A stretch of DNA of 63,855 nt, filler included, from Hyphochytrium catenoides (Eukaryota; Protista; Hyphochytriomycota), in the NCBI GenBank assembly GCA_900088475.1. It is 8 parts of 8 records of this genome, joined end to end, with 100 filler letters (N's around TTAATTAATTAA, not from the genome) between each part and the next. Parts side by side here need not be neighbours in the genome. Positions count along the whole stretch, not along the records: positions 30,248 to 43,283 come from FLMG01003403.1; positions 43,384 to 45,183 come from FLMG01003312.1; positions 45,284 to 49,248 come from FLMG01003060.1; 5 more parts are not named here. The stretch is one strand, 5' to 3'. The notes beneath the pieces are model-generated. The model searched no databases. It worked only from the letters and a program-made list of their open reading frames with translations, and was not told where the DNA came from. Shown here one piece after another: positions 35,983 to 48,200 of this stretch. Numbering within the stretch: the first letter of the stretch is position 1; every line of letters starts with the position of its first letter. The position numbers and the translations under genes were made by a program.

Positions 35983-38900
35983 TTACATCGTCGCCACCAC
36001 CGGTCGCTGAGGAGGTGTCCTGGCAGGCTGAGTGTGGTCATTGCCCATAAGCCCAGCGCTAGCTCCTCCTTGCTGGCGACCTGACCAAATGCGGGAGACG
36101 TCGTTCTCCAATTGGCGAGCGCCTGTTGATGATAGTAGCTCTGCTTAGACAACGACTAGGACTGGCCCAAATTAATGGGATAAAGACGTATATGGGAAGT
36201 ACTGAAGAGCAAAACGGACTATGTGCAAGACAAAATGGCAGAAGAGTTAACCTTGAACGCAGGCGGGAGGAAACAGAGAGAGAAAGAGTGGAGGGAGAGG
36301 GTTTAGACTTACGTCGCGCTCTCATATTGTACCGCATGTACATCACAAGGAAGACAAAACCAGCCACAATCACTACTCCCGCAGTGATGAGCGCTATCAT
36401 AACAATAGAGGAAGTACTGCTCTTCCCGCTTGACTTCTCCTCCTCTGTCACTGCTCCATTCGTTGCCCCTCCTCCTCCGCCAGAAGTGCTGCCAGAAGCA
36501 GAGAAAGCCACAGCGCAGTCGGCGTCGGCGAAACCCTCTTGACACAAGCACTTCCCGTCCTTGCAGGTTCCCTTGTTGCAGGTCTCGTCTGTTACGCACG
36601 GGGCGCCGCCTTTCACTACGAAGCTAAGAGTTCCGTCACAGAGCGTGTTCTGCGTCACTGCGGAAGAGAGAGAGAGAGAGAGTGCCTATTAGTACGTGCG
36701 AGGTTGCTACTTCACGAGAGGGAGAGAGAGAAATAGACAAGGCTAATAAGGATCAAGGAAGGAGCACCAAGAAAAGAGAAGGACGTGAGCCTCCAGAAAT
36801 GTACTAAGAATATAGAGAATGGAAGGAATGAAGAGAGTGCTCATGAAAGGGATGAGAAAAGAGCAAAGATAGCTGAGCACATGACTCGCGGTTACCTGAA
36901 TTCTTGGGAGGATACTTCTGATTGCATGTGTTCCCTTGGTTATCGCACTCCATCTTCCCTCTCGGCCTGTCTATCCAAGTCATATTGAAGGCGGGGTTAT
37001 ACTGCTTCATGATCTGAAAGACAGAGGAGCAGGTGGCGAAGAATGTCTTCCCTTCCGTCTCAGGCTTCGACATGAAAGTACTGCACATATCCTTGGCAGA
37101 GGACCAGGTTGCCTCCTCATTCGGGATCACAACCTTGTTATACTCTTTCTTAAGATTCTGATAGGACACGGTGTTCGTGTTTCCACCCGGAGGACCAGTG
37201 ACGGTTGCATCGCCACCTAGGGAAGGCACGGATGGCAGCAGAGACACAGAGCTAGATTAGCCGCGTAGAAGCAGAAAACGAGAATCCTGCCCAACCGAGT
37301 AAGGAAGGGTGAGAGCATCAACGATAGGAGTGAAGTGCATAGGATCAGGTTGAAGGGAGAGTCACGGGAGCTTCATACCTTCAACGATGTTGAACAGCTT
37401 CTCAGGGTTCTGCAGGGCCTTTCCGTAAGAATAGGCGAACCCGCCCGAGAGCACACTCTTGTACTCTCCATACATAAAGGGCACGGAATCGAACATACGG
37501 TCAGGGTTGCCAGGCTTGACGCCATCGAACTCTCCCCAGATAAGCGCAATAGGAAAGCCCTCGAACTCCTTAAAAAGCGTAGTATACGGGTCTTCCTTTG
37601 GTTTGCCTTCCTGTGGCCAACGATAGACATTCATCATGTAGATGTCTATGGAGTTCTTCGTCACTCCTTGGTACATAGAGTCATCGCAGAGGAGCACACG
37701 TGCTCTCTGCGCTGCCCACTGGTCGACATCGAGGACGGCCTTATTAGAGGAAAAATCAATAGGCGCAGCGTCTGCCTCAGCATAGGCCAGCGGGATCATT
37801 CGCATCTGGAACTGTCCATAGGACATCCAGTTCTTCAAATCCTTGGTGAACTGAGGCACAGACAGTGCCAGGGCAAGGTAATATGGGAACAGGTTAGGCG
37901 TGGGAGCGGAAAGTTGAGAAGACGGCTTGTTAGTTGAGGTGACCTTAGTGAGGCAAAGAAGAGTAAAAACAACGGAAAGGTCGCCATAAAGCCCATTCAA
38001 GAGTCCTGAATATTAGAAGAGCACTATGGCGCTCAGAGCTAGGTAGTCTTGAAGACATAGAAACGAGATGAAAGAGTGCACGAGGCAGGACGGAGTGGTT
38101 TCATGACCATATGAAACCCAGAGCGTAAAACAGAGAAGGTGGAAGAGAGTCTATCGAGAGGGAACTACGTGGCTGTCTGAGAGGGCAATCAGAATAGCTA
38201 TGGTCTGGTCCAAGCAGTAGGGCACATGAGACTCCCTCTTCCTCACCTGCTTAACACAGATGCCCGGCCTTGGATCCTTAAACATGACCTCATTTCCCAC
38301 GACACCAGCCAGCAGATGGTCGTACTTTGAGAACTGAATCATCAGCTTTTCCGCATAGCGTAGGAGACAGGCTGGATAGCAATTTGTGGCATCCTTCCCT
38401 GCCATTGGGCCATAAGGATCTCCTCTATCGCGAAGCGAGCAGAACTGATCGTCTTCAAAGTACGGGTCAGAGCCGGGTGTCAGAGAGATCATCACGTATA
38501 TGCCCATTGCTTCCATGGCCTGCCGATAGAGACAGAGAGAATTAGCTCCATGGTGATGCCCATCCAATAGAGCAGGAAGAGATCGGCCTATAGCGGAAGA
38601 AGAGTGACCAAGAAAGAGATCAAACAACAGAAGAAGGGAGCACATCTCCGATTAAGAGGTCTAACCTAACAGAAGCACTACTATGGTCATCTATTGGGCC
38701 GGCCGAACTAACGGCAACGCGCAAAAACAAACTAAGAGGCTGAAACGTTGGAAGAATGGAAGACGAGGGCCTGCTCATCATGCCTGCATAAACTTAGCGT
38801 AGCTGGAATCTGCATTGAGATTGTACAGTCGGACGGCGTTGATGCCAAGCGGCTTGATGACGTTCTCGAAGGCTGCTCTACCATACTTGTCCCACTGAGC

Positions 38901-39419
38901 GTCGTTGACAGCATTTTCGTACGTTAGCTGCAGAAGAAAGGAGTCAGCAAGGCCAGAAGCGAAGACTGTTCTCCTGGTGGTTTTGGATTATATATGGACA
39001 GAGGCAAGGAGAGACAAACGCCACGAGAGAAAAAGACACAGAGTGAGAGAGAAAGTGAAAGAAAGAGAGGTCACGCGAAAGAGTCATCAATAGAATAGTG
39101 CAGAAAGTGATAATCATCAAAGAGGTTCACTTCCGGTCGCAAGCGTTGACACGCAAGCGGCAAGAGCAAGGATGGCAGTGCGTCTTACCCCTTTGACAAA
39201 GAATCTCTTCTTAGTTCTGGAGTTGTACAGCTTGTTACCCCGAACAATAATGGGGTCTAACGCATCCGACGTTGAGGCAAATATGCCGAGAAGAAGACCA
39301 GCCAAAGAGGCGAAGGCCAGCGACCTAAAAAGACCGACAGGCCATTTAGAGGAAGGCCTTAAAGTTAGCGCAATGGAAACAGAGGAAGACGGCGAAGGAG
39401 AGCTATGTGTGCAGGTCAT
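35983..39419 (-). CDS. GH72 beta-1,3-glucanosyltransferase with C-terminal EGF-like domain, TM helix and cytoplasmic tail (multi-exon)
   Basis: Signal/anchor, then LDPIIVRGNKLYNSRTKKRFFVKG|LTYE, GINAVRLYN, GIYVMISL, acid/base VVGNEV, IPLAYAEAD, MNVYRW, nucleophile WGEF and SGGFAYSY. EGF CNKGTCKDGKCLCQEGFADADC. TM IVMIALITAGVVIVAGFVFLVMY. Last exon ends TAA at 35985-35983. Confidence 0.9.
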
Positions 39420-42400
39420 CTTATCTCAAGATCCGACACAATGCCCGCTCCCTAGTACTGCACACTGCAACGACAAGTGCCTTCCTCTCTTTCCCGTCAT
39501 TTTTTACCTTCTGCTCCAAGGCGTCATTGGGAACAAGATGAAGCTGGCAAAGGTTTGCAGATTACCCTGCCCGTGCCGAGTTGGAGAGGGGAGAGTGAAG
39601 TTCGGGAGCTCAAGAAGTCCCGATCTCCCCTTCTCTCTCTGACCTGCGCCTGAGACAAATCTCCACTTCGAATCTCTAACTCTAGAAAATATACAACCTA
39701 AACTAGTTGGACCGGACTGCGACCTTGCTCCTCCCAGCAATGCCGAGCGACTGCTGCTGAAGATCTAATAACCTTGCAGACAAGGAGAACGGAGCTTACG
39801 ATGAACTTTTTGCACACTCCCTTGCGCACAAGACAGCAACATCTCAGAGAGGCGGAGCCCGAGAGAGAGACAGAGCACAAGGGAAAGAGAGAGAGAGAGA
39901 GAGACAGCTTTGGACCTGGCGTCGCGCTTCACGGCCCGACCTGTTGGTACCTTTGTGAAGACTAAGACGCAAGACAAAGAGACAGAGCGACGGAGAATAG
40001 ACAGAACATAAGGGATAGTATATATATATCAGAAGACAGAGTGAGGAAGAGGCACGGAAAGAAGGGGTGAACTGTGAAGGCATCTGCGTCCTATCCCCTG
40101 CGGCCCCACCTGCCTTTTCCACCTTCTTATCCGACCCACACCTCCTAAATTAACTCAAAGTAATTTTTGATATGTAAATGTTGGTTATTGACAGAGGTCG
40201 TCTATATGGCTGTTTTCTTTTCTTGTGACTTATAAGTCTTCTTTGTCAATTTCTCATTTTAATTGACAACCAGGTTTACAGGACATGTGAATTAGCCGAA
40301 ATTTTGTGTCCCACGTTGGGTTCCTCTGTGCCTGTTTGCAAATAGCTGGCAGTGTTCCGCAATAAATCAAGAATAAAGGCATTCCCAAGGCTATTGTATG
40401 GTGCCCTGTCAAGTCAAAGGCACCAGATGTGCCCACAGTCTGTCTTTTATAACCAACACACTAACAAGAACGCCCAAACCGCCAATGATAGTGAGAAACA
40501 CTGGCAAAATTTCACAACTCTTTGATTTCGAAAAGGCATATTTCCACCAGCTTCATAGACACAATAGACGCTTTCAAATCGTACAATGTTTCAAACCCTC
40601 AACTTCTATTTGATAGCGGTTAGCGGCAATTTCCGCGCTTTGTGATTGATGATGAATATTTGCGATCTTTGGGTTGGGATCTTCGTTTCTGTCTGGAGGA
40701 ATCGTCCCTTTGCGTGCACAGTGATCTGATCTTCTTCATCGACGACGGCAGATGTTTCTCGAGGCGTCAACATAGATCTTCGGAGCGCAACGTTAGCTGC
40801 CTTCTTTGCTTTCGGTAAGAGGCGGGCAACTCTTCAGCTGGAAACTGTATTATTTCTAATTGAATTGCTCAGTGGATGGTGGGGTGGTGGTCAGCGCTAC
40901 TCCGGAGTATTATTTTCCAGTTAACAATATTATGATGTGCGAAGGAAGCCGTTTCAAAGCTTTATAAGGAAGGTTGCTTTTTCTTCTATTCAGCATTTTC
41001 CTGCTGGAAGCAAGGAGAGAGATATAAGCATTCAGCTGCATTGTGGTACTATCGAGCATCGAACGCCCCACCCAGGTAGCGGCCTATAAATAATATTGAC
41101 ATACATAGGGGATCTAGGGGATCTTTCTTAGCGTAATATAAGAGGGAGGAGCGTGCTGCGATGTACTACTACCTAAGGTGGTTGTGGGGCACACTTACTG
41201 GGAAGAAGGCCATGCATCTGACGAGTGATAATCTCTCTGGTTCTTTGCTGAAAATGACCAAGAAGCGTATAAGGTAGTAATTCTTCGAACCAAGAAGTCT
41301 GATGATGATTGTCGTCATCTTTATTTCTGGACGCAAAGAATTAGCAAACCTATGTGGACTCTCACTCTTCTACTCTACGATAGTTTTATAGTCGTCTCAG
41401 TCTACTAACTATCAGCGGCCTTTTTGATTTCTCCCATGGTGCTGCTACCTTTTCTGCTTGTTGGGGGGTGTCCTGGAAAACATCAGGTGCCGCTTTGTCC
41501 GGCATGAGGATTAAACTCTTTGCAGTTACTACATATTACTCTAGTAGGAGCTAAGGTTGGTCAACACAATTGTCACTTCGTCTATCTTCCCTGCACAACA
41601 ACTGCGTCTCCTCATCGTAGCATGAAGGCTTCAGGGTGCAAAGAGCAAGCTATTGCTCTTCGTGCTTCTCTCCTTGCACGTTGAGTTGGACAAACTGAGC
41701 TTCACCCGTAAAGTGAGAGACAAGTTGGTAGAGATAATAAATGAGCGGTGCCACACGCATATATGGAAGGCATGCTAGGTGGGCCTAATGCTTACGCAAA
41801 ATTTGACGTGATGCATCTCACCAAGACTGTGTCAAGATCTTCTATATGCTTTATATATCACAGCCTAGGAGCTTCGCGTGGTAAAGAAGACCTGGGATAG
41901 GTAGGGTGTAAGAGAGCGTGCCAATAATGAAGGCTTAGCTGCGTCTTGCAAGGCATCGGGAAAATGAGCAGTGACTTGACGTTACACCTTAGTTCGTAAT
42001 AGAAAACGCCTCTTTTGCTCTGACCACCACACTAGCAGACAACCAGAAAAGAATTAAGGGCAGAAGGCCGTCTGCGTGGGGCCCTGCAGCACGGACACGC
42101 CTTGTTGAACGCCTTAATAATCCTACAAGTACAGCCAAAGCAAGGGTACCTTCAACCTAGCGCTTGGGCCTAGAGTGTCTAAAGGAAGGTGACCAACAAA
42201 GCGTCATACGAGCGAGAGGCAGAGAGCTTAGGTGAATCTCGGCCTTCTATCACATGACAAGCGCATCAGATTGTATTTGATTTCGCTGTCATGCTGCTGC
42301 TGATCCGCTGATCGGTATTCGTACGAGTACAAACATTTTGACGACGGCCGCTCAGTAGTGGACAGTCTCCACTTTGGGCCACTTCAATTGGTACGAGGAA

Positions 42401-42439
42401 GTGGAATGAAAATGAAGGAGAAAGAGCAGAATTTGTAAG

Positions 42440-42505
42440 CTGGTGATAGTCACTCCAGACCCCATGAGATGTAATCTGGTGATAACCACTCCAGACCCCA
42501 TGAGA
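42440..42505 (+). repeat. 36-bp tandem duplication, possibly within an LTR relic starting TGTAAG at 42434
   Basis: ctggtgata(gt/ac)cactccagaccccatgaga occurs twice. A purine-rich tract lies upstream and TATATAAG at about 42561. Confidence 0.5.
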
Positions 42506-43959
42506 AGTACAAGTAAGATGTGTAACCAGACTATAACCAAACACAACGCATACACACGTGTATATAAGACGCCTGTCTCGCTTTCTTTAGTTGTGATGCC
42601 GTCGGTAGATTCAATGTAGCTTGAGAACCCTATTCTTCCTTTTCCTATTCTTCTTTTCCCTCTTGTCCCGTTAATTCTTCTTTCTCTCGCTTCTTTGTCT
42701 TGTCCCGACAACTAACTCTCTGTCCTTCTCCTTCCATTCTTGAGACCCCTTTTCACCCTGTAGTTCTAGGAGAACTTGGATTATCTCTACAAGTACAACT
42801 CTTCTTCCAGTCTCTCCACCTGCTTTTCGCCTATCTATCTGCTTTGCTCCTTTCCCTTTCGTCGTGCGGCTTGATCGTAGATGATGTCGAACTGTCCCTC
42901 ATCTCTTGAGGTTGCCCGTTGTTCTGTTGCACTACTAGAGTTCTAAGTAGCAGACTCAAATCTGCCAGCTTTTCGGACCTACGACTATAATTTATTACCG
43001 AGGAAGTAGAACGGCCAGACTGGGCACCTCCATCGCCTCATCATCAACCCAGACTCCAGTACTGTTTTACAGTGCCAAAATTAAGGCGTTGTAGCCGTTA
43101 ACGCACAGCAAAACTACATGGGGTTACGAAGGTCTCTTATAGAATTTCTAAGGCAGATATTTGTAGTTGTAGTATCTTGTCGTTGGCGTACTACGCTAAT
43201 ACTGTTTTAGCGAGGTTTATCCTCCATGCCATGCACTTTGCAGCCTGCCAGTAGTCGACCACTAATAGTCGTAATAAGAGCAANNNNNNNNNNNNNNNNN
43301 NNNNNNNNNNNNNNNNNNNNNNNNNNNTTAATTAATTAANNNNNNNNNNNNNNNNNNNNNNNNNNNNNNNNNNNNNNNNNNNNTCTACCTCCCAGAACTC
43401 TTACATACGCTATTAGCAGCCAGAGAGGCTCTCCAGCCAACCCGAGCATTCCCTCTTCTGGTTATGGCCTTTAAAGATGCTCTCTCGCATCTTCCTATTG
43501 AACACGCTGACACAAGAGATTGGGAAATAGAGGGACAGGAGAAAGGTGAAGATAAAAGGCTAGCGCAGCAGAGAGAAAGCAGGAGACAGAGCCGTATCCT
43601 GCGCCAGCTGTTGAAGTCATTTATAAGCGCGACAGACTTGAAAAAGAATGACTAGATTAGAAGGATAATAGATTATTTTATGAGGAAAGGGGGCCGTGAT
43701 GTTCTTTCCTCTCACACTCTTCTCTCTCTCTCTTTCTCTCTTCTCCCTCTCTCTCTCTTTAATGAAAAAGCCCTCCGATTGCCATCTATGGGGGCGGTTG
43801 CAGTTGTAAACGCTGCTAAGCGCGTCGATAGAGCTATGGAAGTAGGAGCAGCAGGACTTAGGATGGAGGTGTTTGGAGAAATATAGCACAGAGAAGCATT
43901 CTCAAGGACAGAGAGGAACGCAGGAAGACGACAATCTCACAGCCTGGCACTCTCAAGGT

Positions 43960-45168
43960 CTATAACTTCCTTAGTGCTGAGGGCTTGACAGTGAGTGTTC
44001 GTCTAGAGAAAGTGGCCTTTGAGGGCCCGGTGGCAGAGGAGCCGCCAAGACTACCGCTCCTTGCATTGCCAGTCCTATTGCTGCTAAGATTGTTGGGCTT
44101 CCGTGACAAAGTCGAGACTTTGATTTTGGCCACCGTCACGCGGCCCTGCGAGGAAGTGCTGACACTCTTGCCTCCTCCAGTCCTTCTCCCGGCCGCTGCA
44201 GTGGATCTTGTGCTAGGAGCTACAGCCTTTTTAGTAGGAGACGATCCCAAAGGCTTCCTTCTGCTGTCAGTCAGCGGCATTCTGTTCATCTTCTCCTTCT
44301 TCGCCTGGTAGCTGCTCTTCATCTCCTGGAACTGCTGCATGTGTTTGTTGCCTGTCTTTTTTCCAGAAGCTGCACCCTTAGTGACGCGCTGAACCACTTT
44401 CGTCGTCCGGACTGCCGCAGGTTTGCCACTCGTCCTTGTCTTCTTCTGATCTAGCCAGCGGTTGATTACGTTATCTTGTCTTTGGGTCTTCTCTTGCACT
44501 CGGGCTTTCTTATCTTCTTTCTCTTTCTGTCTCTTCTCTAGTTCTGACAGTTTCTTCTTCCGCGGGGGCGCGACCTCTGGCAGCGCCGTAAGGAAAGTGC
44601 CGCTGCTGCTCTGGGTTGCAGGCTTCTTTTTTACTGTTGGCTTGGTATTCTTCAGAGCAGGGAGGGTGGACTTCTTTTCTCCTTTCTTACTCGCGGTGAC
44701 GGAGTAGACCACCCGAGAGGGAGCTGCCACAGTGGTGTCGAGCTTCTTCTTTTGAAATTTAACCGTGTCTCGCTCTTCTTTAGCGCTTTCTAGCATGGTG
44801 ATACGCTGCTCTAGGCTCACAAGTTTGGCAAGAGACCCAGTGATTGAGGGCGACGATTCTGCTGGGTCGGCGTGTACGCCTTTGGCTGGATCGAGAGAGG
44901 AAAGAGCAGCTTTGGCTGCGTCTTCAGGGTTTCTCTTCTCGTCTTTCTCTTTCTCTTGGTTGTCCGATACTTTGGCACCTAGAGGAAGCCTCTTGAAAGT
45001 GGAGAGCCTCTCTCTGTACTTGAGATTTCTCTCTTTCTGGTCTTCTCTCATTTTGATGTCCTCTTTGAGCTTTTTCAAGCTCCCAATGTGAGTTTGGACC
45101 ACATGGTCCAGCCGGTCTTCTTCCTCTTTCTCTTTGTCCTGCAACTGCTTGACAAACTCTTTGGAGAC
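43960..45168 (-). CDS. Terminal exon of a Lys-rich coiled-coil hypothetical protein (5' part lost in gap)
   Basis: ctgcag acceptor at 45170-45169 opens a frame of about 400 codons with coiled-coil segments (HIGSLKKLKEDIKMREDQK, LAKLVSLEQRITMLE) and a basic low-complexity tail. Confidence 0.75.
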   Translation of the reverse strand, partial: VSKEFVKQLQDKEKEEEDRLDHVVQTHIGSLKKLKEDIKMREDQKERNLKYRERLSTFKRLPLGAKVSDNQEKEKDEKRNPEDAAKAALSSLDPAKGVHADPAESSPSITGSLAKLVSLEQRITMLESAKEERDTVKFQKKKLDTTVAAPSRVVYSVTASKKGEKKSTLPALKNTKPTVKKKPATQSSSGTFLTALPEVAPPRKKKLSELEKRQKEKEDKKARVQEKTQRQDNVINRWLDQKKTRTSGKPAAVRTTKVVQRVTKGAASGKKTGNKHMQQFQEMKSSYQAKKEKMNRMPLTDSRRKPLGSSPTKKAVAPSTRSTAAAGRRTGGGKSVSTSSQGRVTVAKIKVSTLSRKPNNLSSNRTGNARSGSLGGSSATGPSKATFSRRTLTVKPSALRKL

Positions 45169-45283
45169 CTGCAGAGGCTTGCTNNNNNNNNNNNNNNNNN
45201 NNNNNNNNNNNNNNNNNNNNNNNNNNNTTAATTAATTAANNNNNNNNNNNNNNNNNNNNNNNNNNNNNNNNNNNNNNNNNNNN

Positions 45284-48200
45284 CCAGGGCATAAACGGCC
45301 TCAATGCCGCAAATTTAAGTTTGATCGTCAGGCTGCCAATGGCGGTACTACTGCACCTCCCGGCGCTCCTTCCTCTAATAAGCCCCCGAAAGCTAATATG
45401 AGCACTACTGGCCCGGTTGCCCTCTATACTGCTCTCCATATGTCCACCTCGCCATCTCCCCTCGTTCCATCCGCCCCCTCTCCTAGTATGGTTGTCTATC
45501 TTGACTCGGGCGCTACGCGCCACATGTGTCCCCATCGGACTTGGTTTTCTACTTTTACCCCGGACTCTCGTGTCGCATATATGGGCAATAACAGTGAAGC
45601 ACCCATCCTCGGCACTGGTACTCTCCCTCTCCTATGTGGTGGTGTTGCTCTTGATATCCAGGATGCCCTGTACGTGCCCTGCCTTTCGGCCACCCTACTC
45701 TCCGTTTCTCAGATGGTTGATACTTCTCCGGTCTACGTTGTCTTTGACTCTATTGAAGCCCGCATTTACGCCAAAGATACTAATCGCTTGCTGGCACAAG
45801 GACCAAAAACAAGTGACGGTCTATACTTCCTTCCTTGTTATCCTCGGCTACCTCCCTCCTCTTCCCCTCCCCCTATTGCCCACCTGGGCGCTGTTCCTTC
45901 TGCCTCTCCCTCTGTCTGGCACCAGCGCCTTGGTCACCTTTCAATGGGCGCTCTCCGCTCTTTTGTTTCTTCTTCATATGTGAAGGGCCTCACGGTTAGT
46001 GGGAGTTGGGACACTACCCTTGACTCTGTCTGTGAGGGTTGTGTATATGGCCGCTCTACTCGCCAACCTTTTCGTCGCCGGAGCGACTCTCCTCGCCCGA
46101 CGGTACCTCTGGCGCAGGTCTCTGGTGACCTCTGTGATGCTACTGTTCCTTCTCTTTCCGGCTATCGTCATTTCTTTCCTCTTGTGGATAGCTGTACTCG
46201 ATATGGCTGGGTTGTCTTTGTCAAGAATAAGGATCATGCCTTTCCTGCGTTCCAAACTTGGCATCGTGAGGCCACCTCCCTCACTGGTCAACGCCTCCTC
46301 CACTTCCATTCTGATGGAGGCGGTGAATTTGTTAACAACGCCTTCCGCCAATATTTTCGGAACCATGGCATCCAGTTTACCTTTACTAATCCCCGTTCGC
46401 CGCAAGAAAATGGCATTGCTGAACGCCGTAATCGTACTCTTCTCGAGACTGCCCTTAGCATGCTCCATGGCGCGGGTCTGCCCCCGTTTCTATGGGCCGA
46501 AGCAATCAATACTGCTTGCTACATTCGCAACCGTTGTCCTACGGCGGCCAATAAAGGCCGTACCCCTTATGAGCTTCTGCATGGCTCTATTCCTGATGTC
46601 AGCACCCTTCGTGCTTTTGGCTGTGCTGCCTATCGCCATATTCACAAATCACTCCGGAAAACTAAACTGGATCCTAAAGCTGAACTTTGTATTCTGCTGG
46701 GTTACTCTCAGGACCGTCGTGCCTATCGTCTCTGGCATCCGCTCAAGCACCGTATCTACGAGGACCGCGATGTCATCTTTAATGAGAACTACTTCCCTCT
46801 CCGGCACCCGTCTCCTTCTCCTCTGCAGCTTCCGCCGGTCGCTCCTCTTTCTCTACCATCATCCCCTGACCCTCCTTCGGGATTTTCTGCTCCCCCATCT
46901 CTCCCTCAAGGAGACCCTCCTGTGTCTTCTTCACCTTCCTCTCTTTTCCCTCGTTCTGTTACTTTCACTGAGGACTCATCTCCTCTTTCCAGCTCTTCCG
47001 CTCCTGCTGCAGTCGCTTCTACCGAGATTCCTTCCACCCCCAACCCTGCCCAGCTACCTTCTGTTGTAGACCCGGCTTCTCCTGCCCCTTCCGCAGCACC
47101 GTTTACATCTTCTCTAGACAACCCACCTCCTTCTCAGATTCCCCGTCTCCGCCGGAGCACTCGGCCCCGTTTCGTCAAGACACCAGCATTTCGCGTTGGT
47201 GACGTTGTCTATGCTGCCTCTCTTATTTCTTCCTCTCCTGATCTCGAGCACCCTCCCCCTCCGCTTTCTCGGGATGAAGCTCTTCGCCGCCCCGATGCTG
47301 ATCAGTGGGAGTCTGCTATGGCTAGTGAACTTGCCTCTCTTGCCGCTCATGGTACCTGGGAGCTTGTTCCTCCTCCACCTCACCGCCGTCCTATTGGCTG
47401 TAAATGGGTTTTTGATCTCAAGCTCAACGGTGATGGCTCTATTAACCGCTACAAGGCTCGCCTAGTCGCTAAAGGCTTTACTCAGAAAGAAGGTTTTGAC
47501 TACACGCAGACCTTCTCTCCTGTCATCTCTCACGAGTCCGTCCGCGTTTTCCTCTCCGTAGTTGCTTTTCTGGATCTTGAACTCAAGCACATGGATGTTA
47601 AGACTGCTTTTCTTAACGGCACCATTGACGAAGAAATCTACATGACCCTCCCTCCTGGTCTCTCTGATTCCCAAGGCCGCGTCTGTCGTCTACGGAAAAG
47701 TCTCTATGGTTTGAAGCAAGCCTCTCGTGCTTGGCATACGGTCATCCATTCTTTCCTCATTTCTCAAGGATTCACATCCTGCCACTCGGAACCGTGTATC
47801 TACGTCAAGCGTGTGGGCGATGACCTCCTCCTGATCGCTCTATACGTGGACGATCTTCTTTTAGCTGGCTCTTCTCCCGCGTCCCTTCTTTCCTTCCAAA
47901 CTCTTCTCTCTTCCCGCTTTGAGATGTCTGATCTCGGTGATGCTCACTATTTTTTGGGGATGACTATTTCTCGTGATCGCTCTTCTCGCTACATTTATCT
48001 TTCTCAACCTCTCTACACTGAGCGCATTCTCACACGTTTTGGCATGTCTACCTCTGCCCCAGTCTCAACACCCTTGGTACCCAACCATAATCTTCGCAAG
48101 CTTCCTGACATTGTCACTCCTGCCCATGACTTTCCTTACCGAGAAGTACTTGGTGCTCTGATGCATCTGATGGTTGTATCTCGTCCCGACTTGGCTGCCT

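Noticed and set aside
2464-39419. Alternative genetic code or stop read-through
   Set aside because: Every gene I traced splices to an open frame under the standard code. In-frame stops occur only in relics.
40200-42200. AT-richer intergenic stretch with short ORFs, possibly a transposase relic
   Set aside because: No motif I can assign, and no terminal repeats found.
42440-42505. Short direct repeats as a CRISPR-like array (also 22712-22758 and 28875-28938)
   Set aside because: Two copies only, no spacer array, eukaryotic context.
45417-47465. Long alternative-frame ORFs overlapping the copia pol
   Set aside because: Explained by the A-poor sense strand, which has few stop codons. No recognisable domains.
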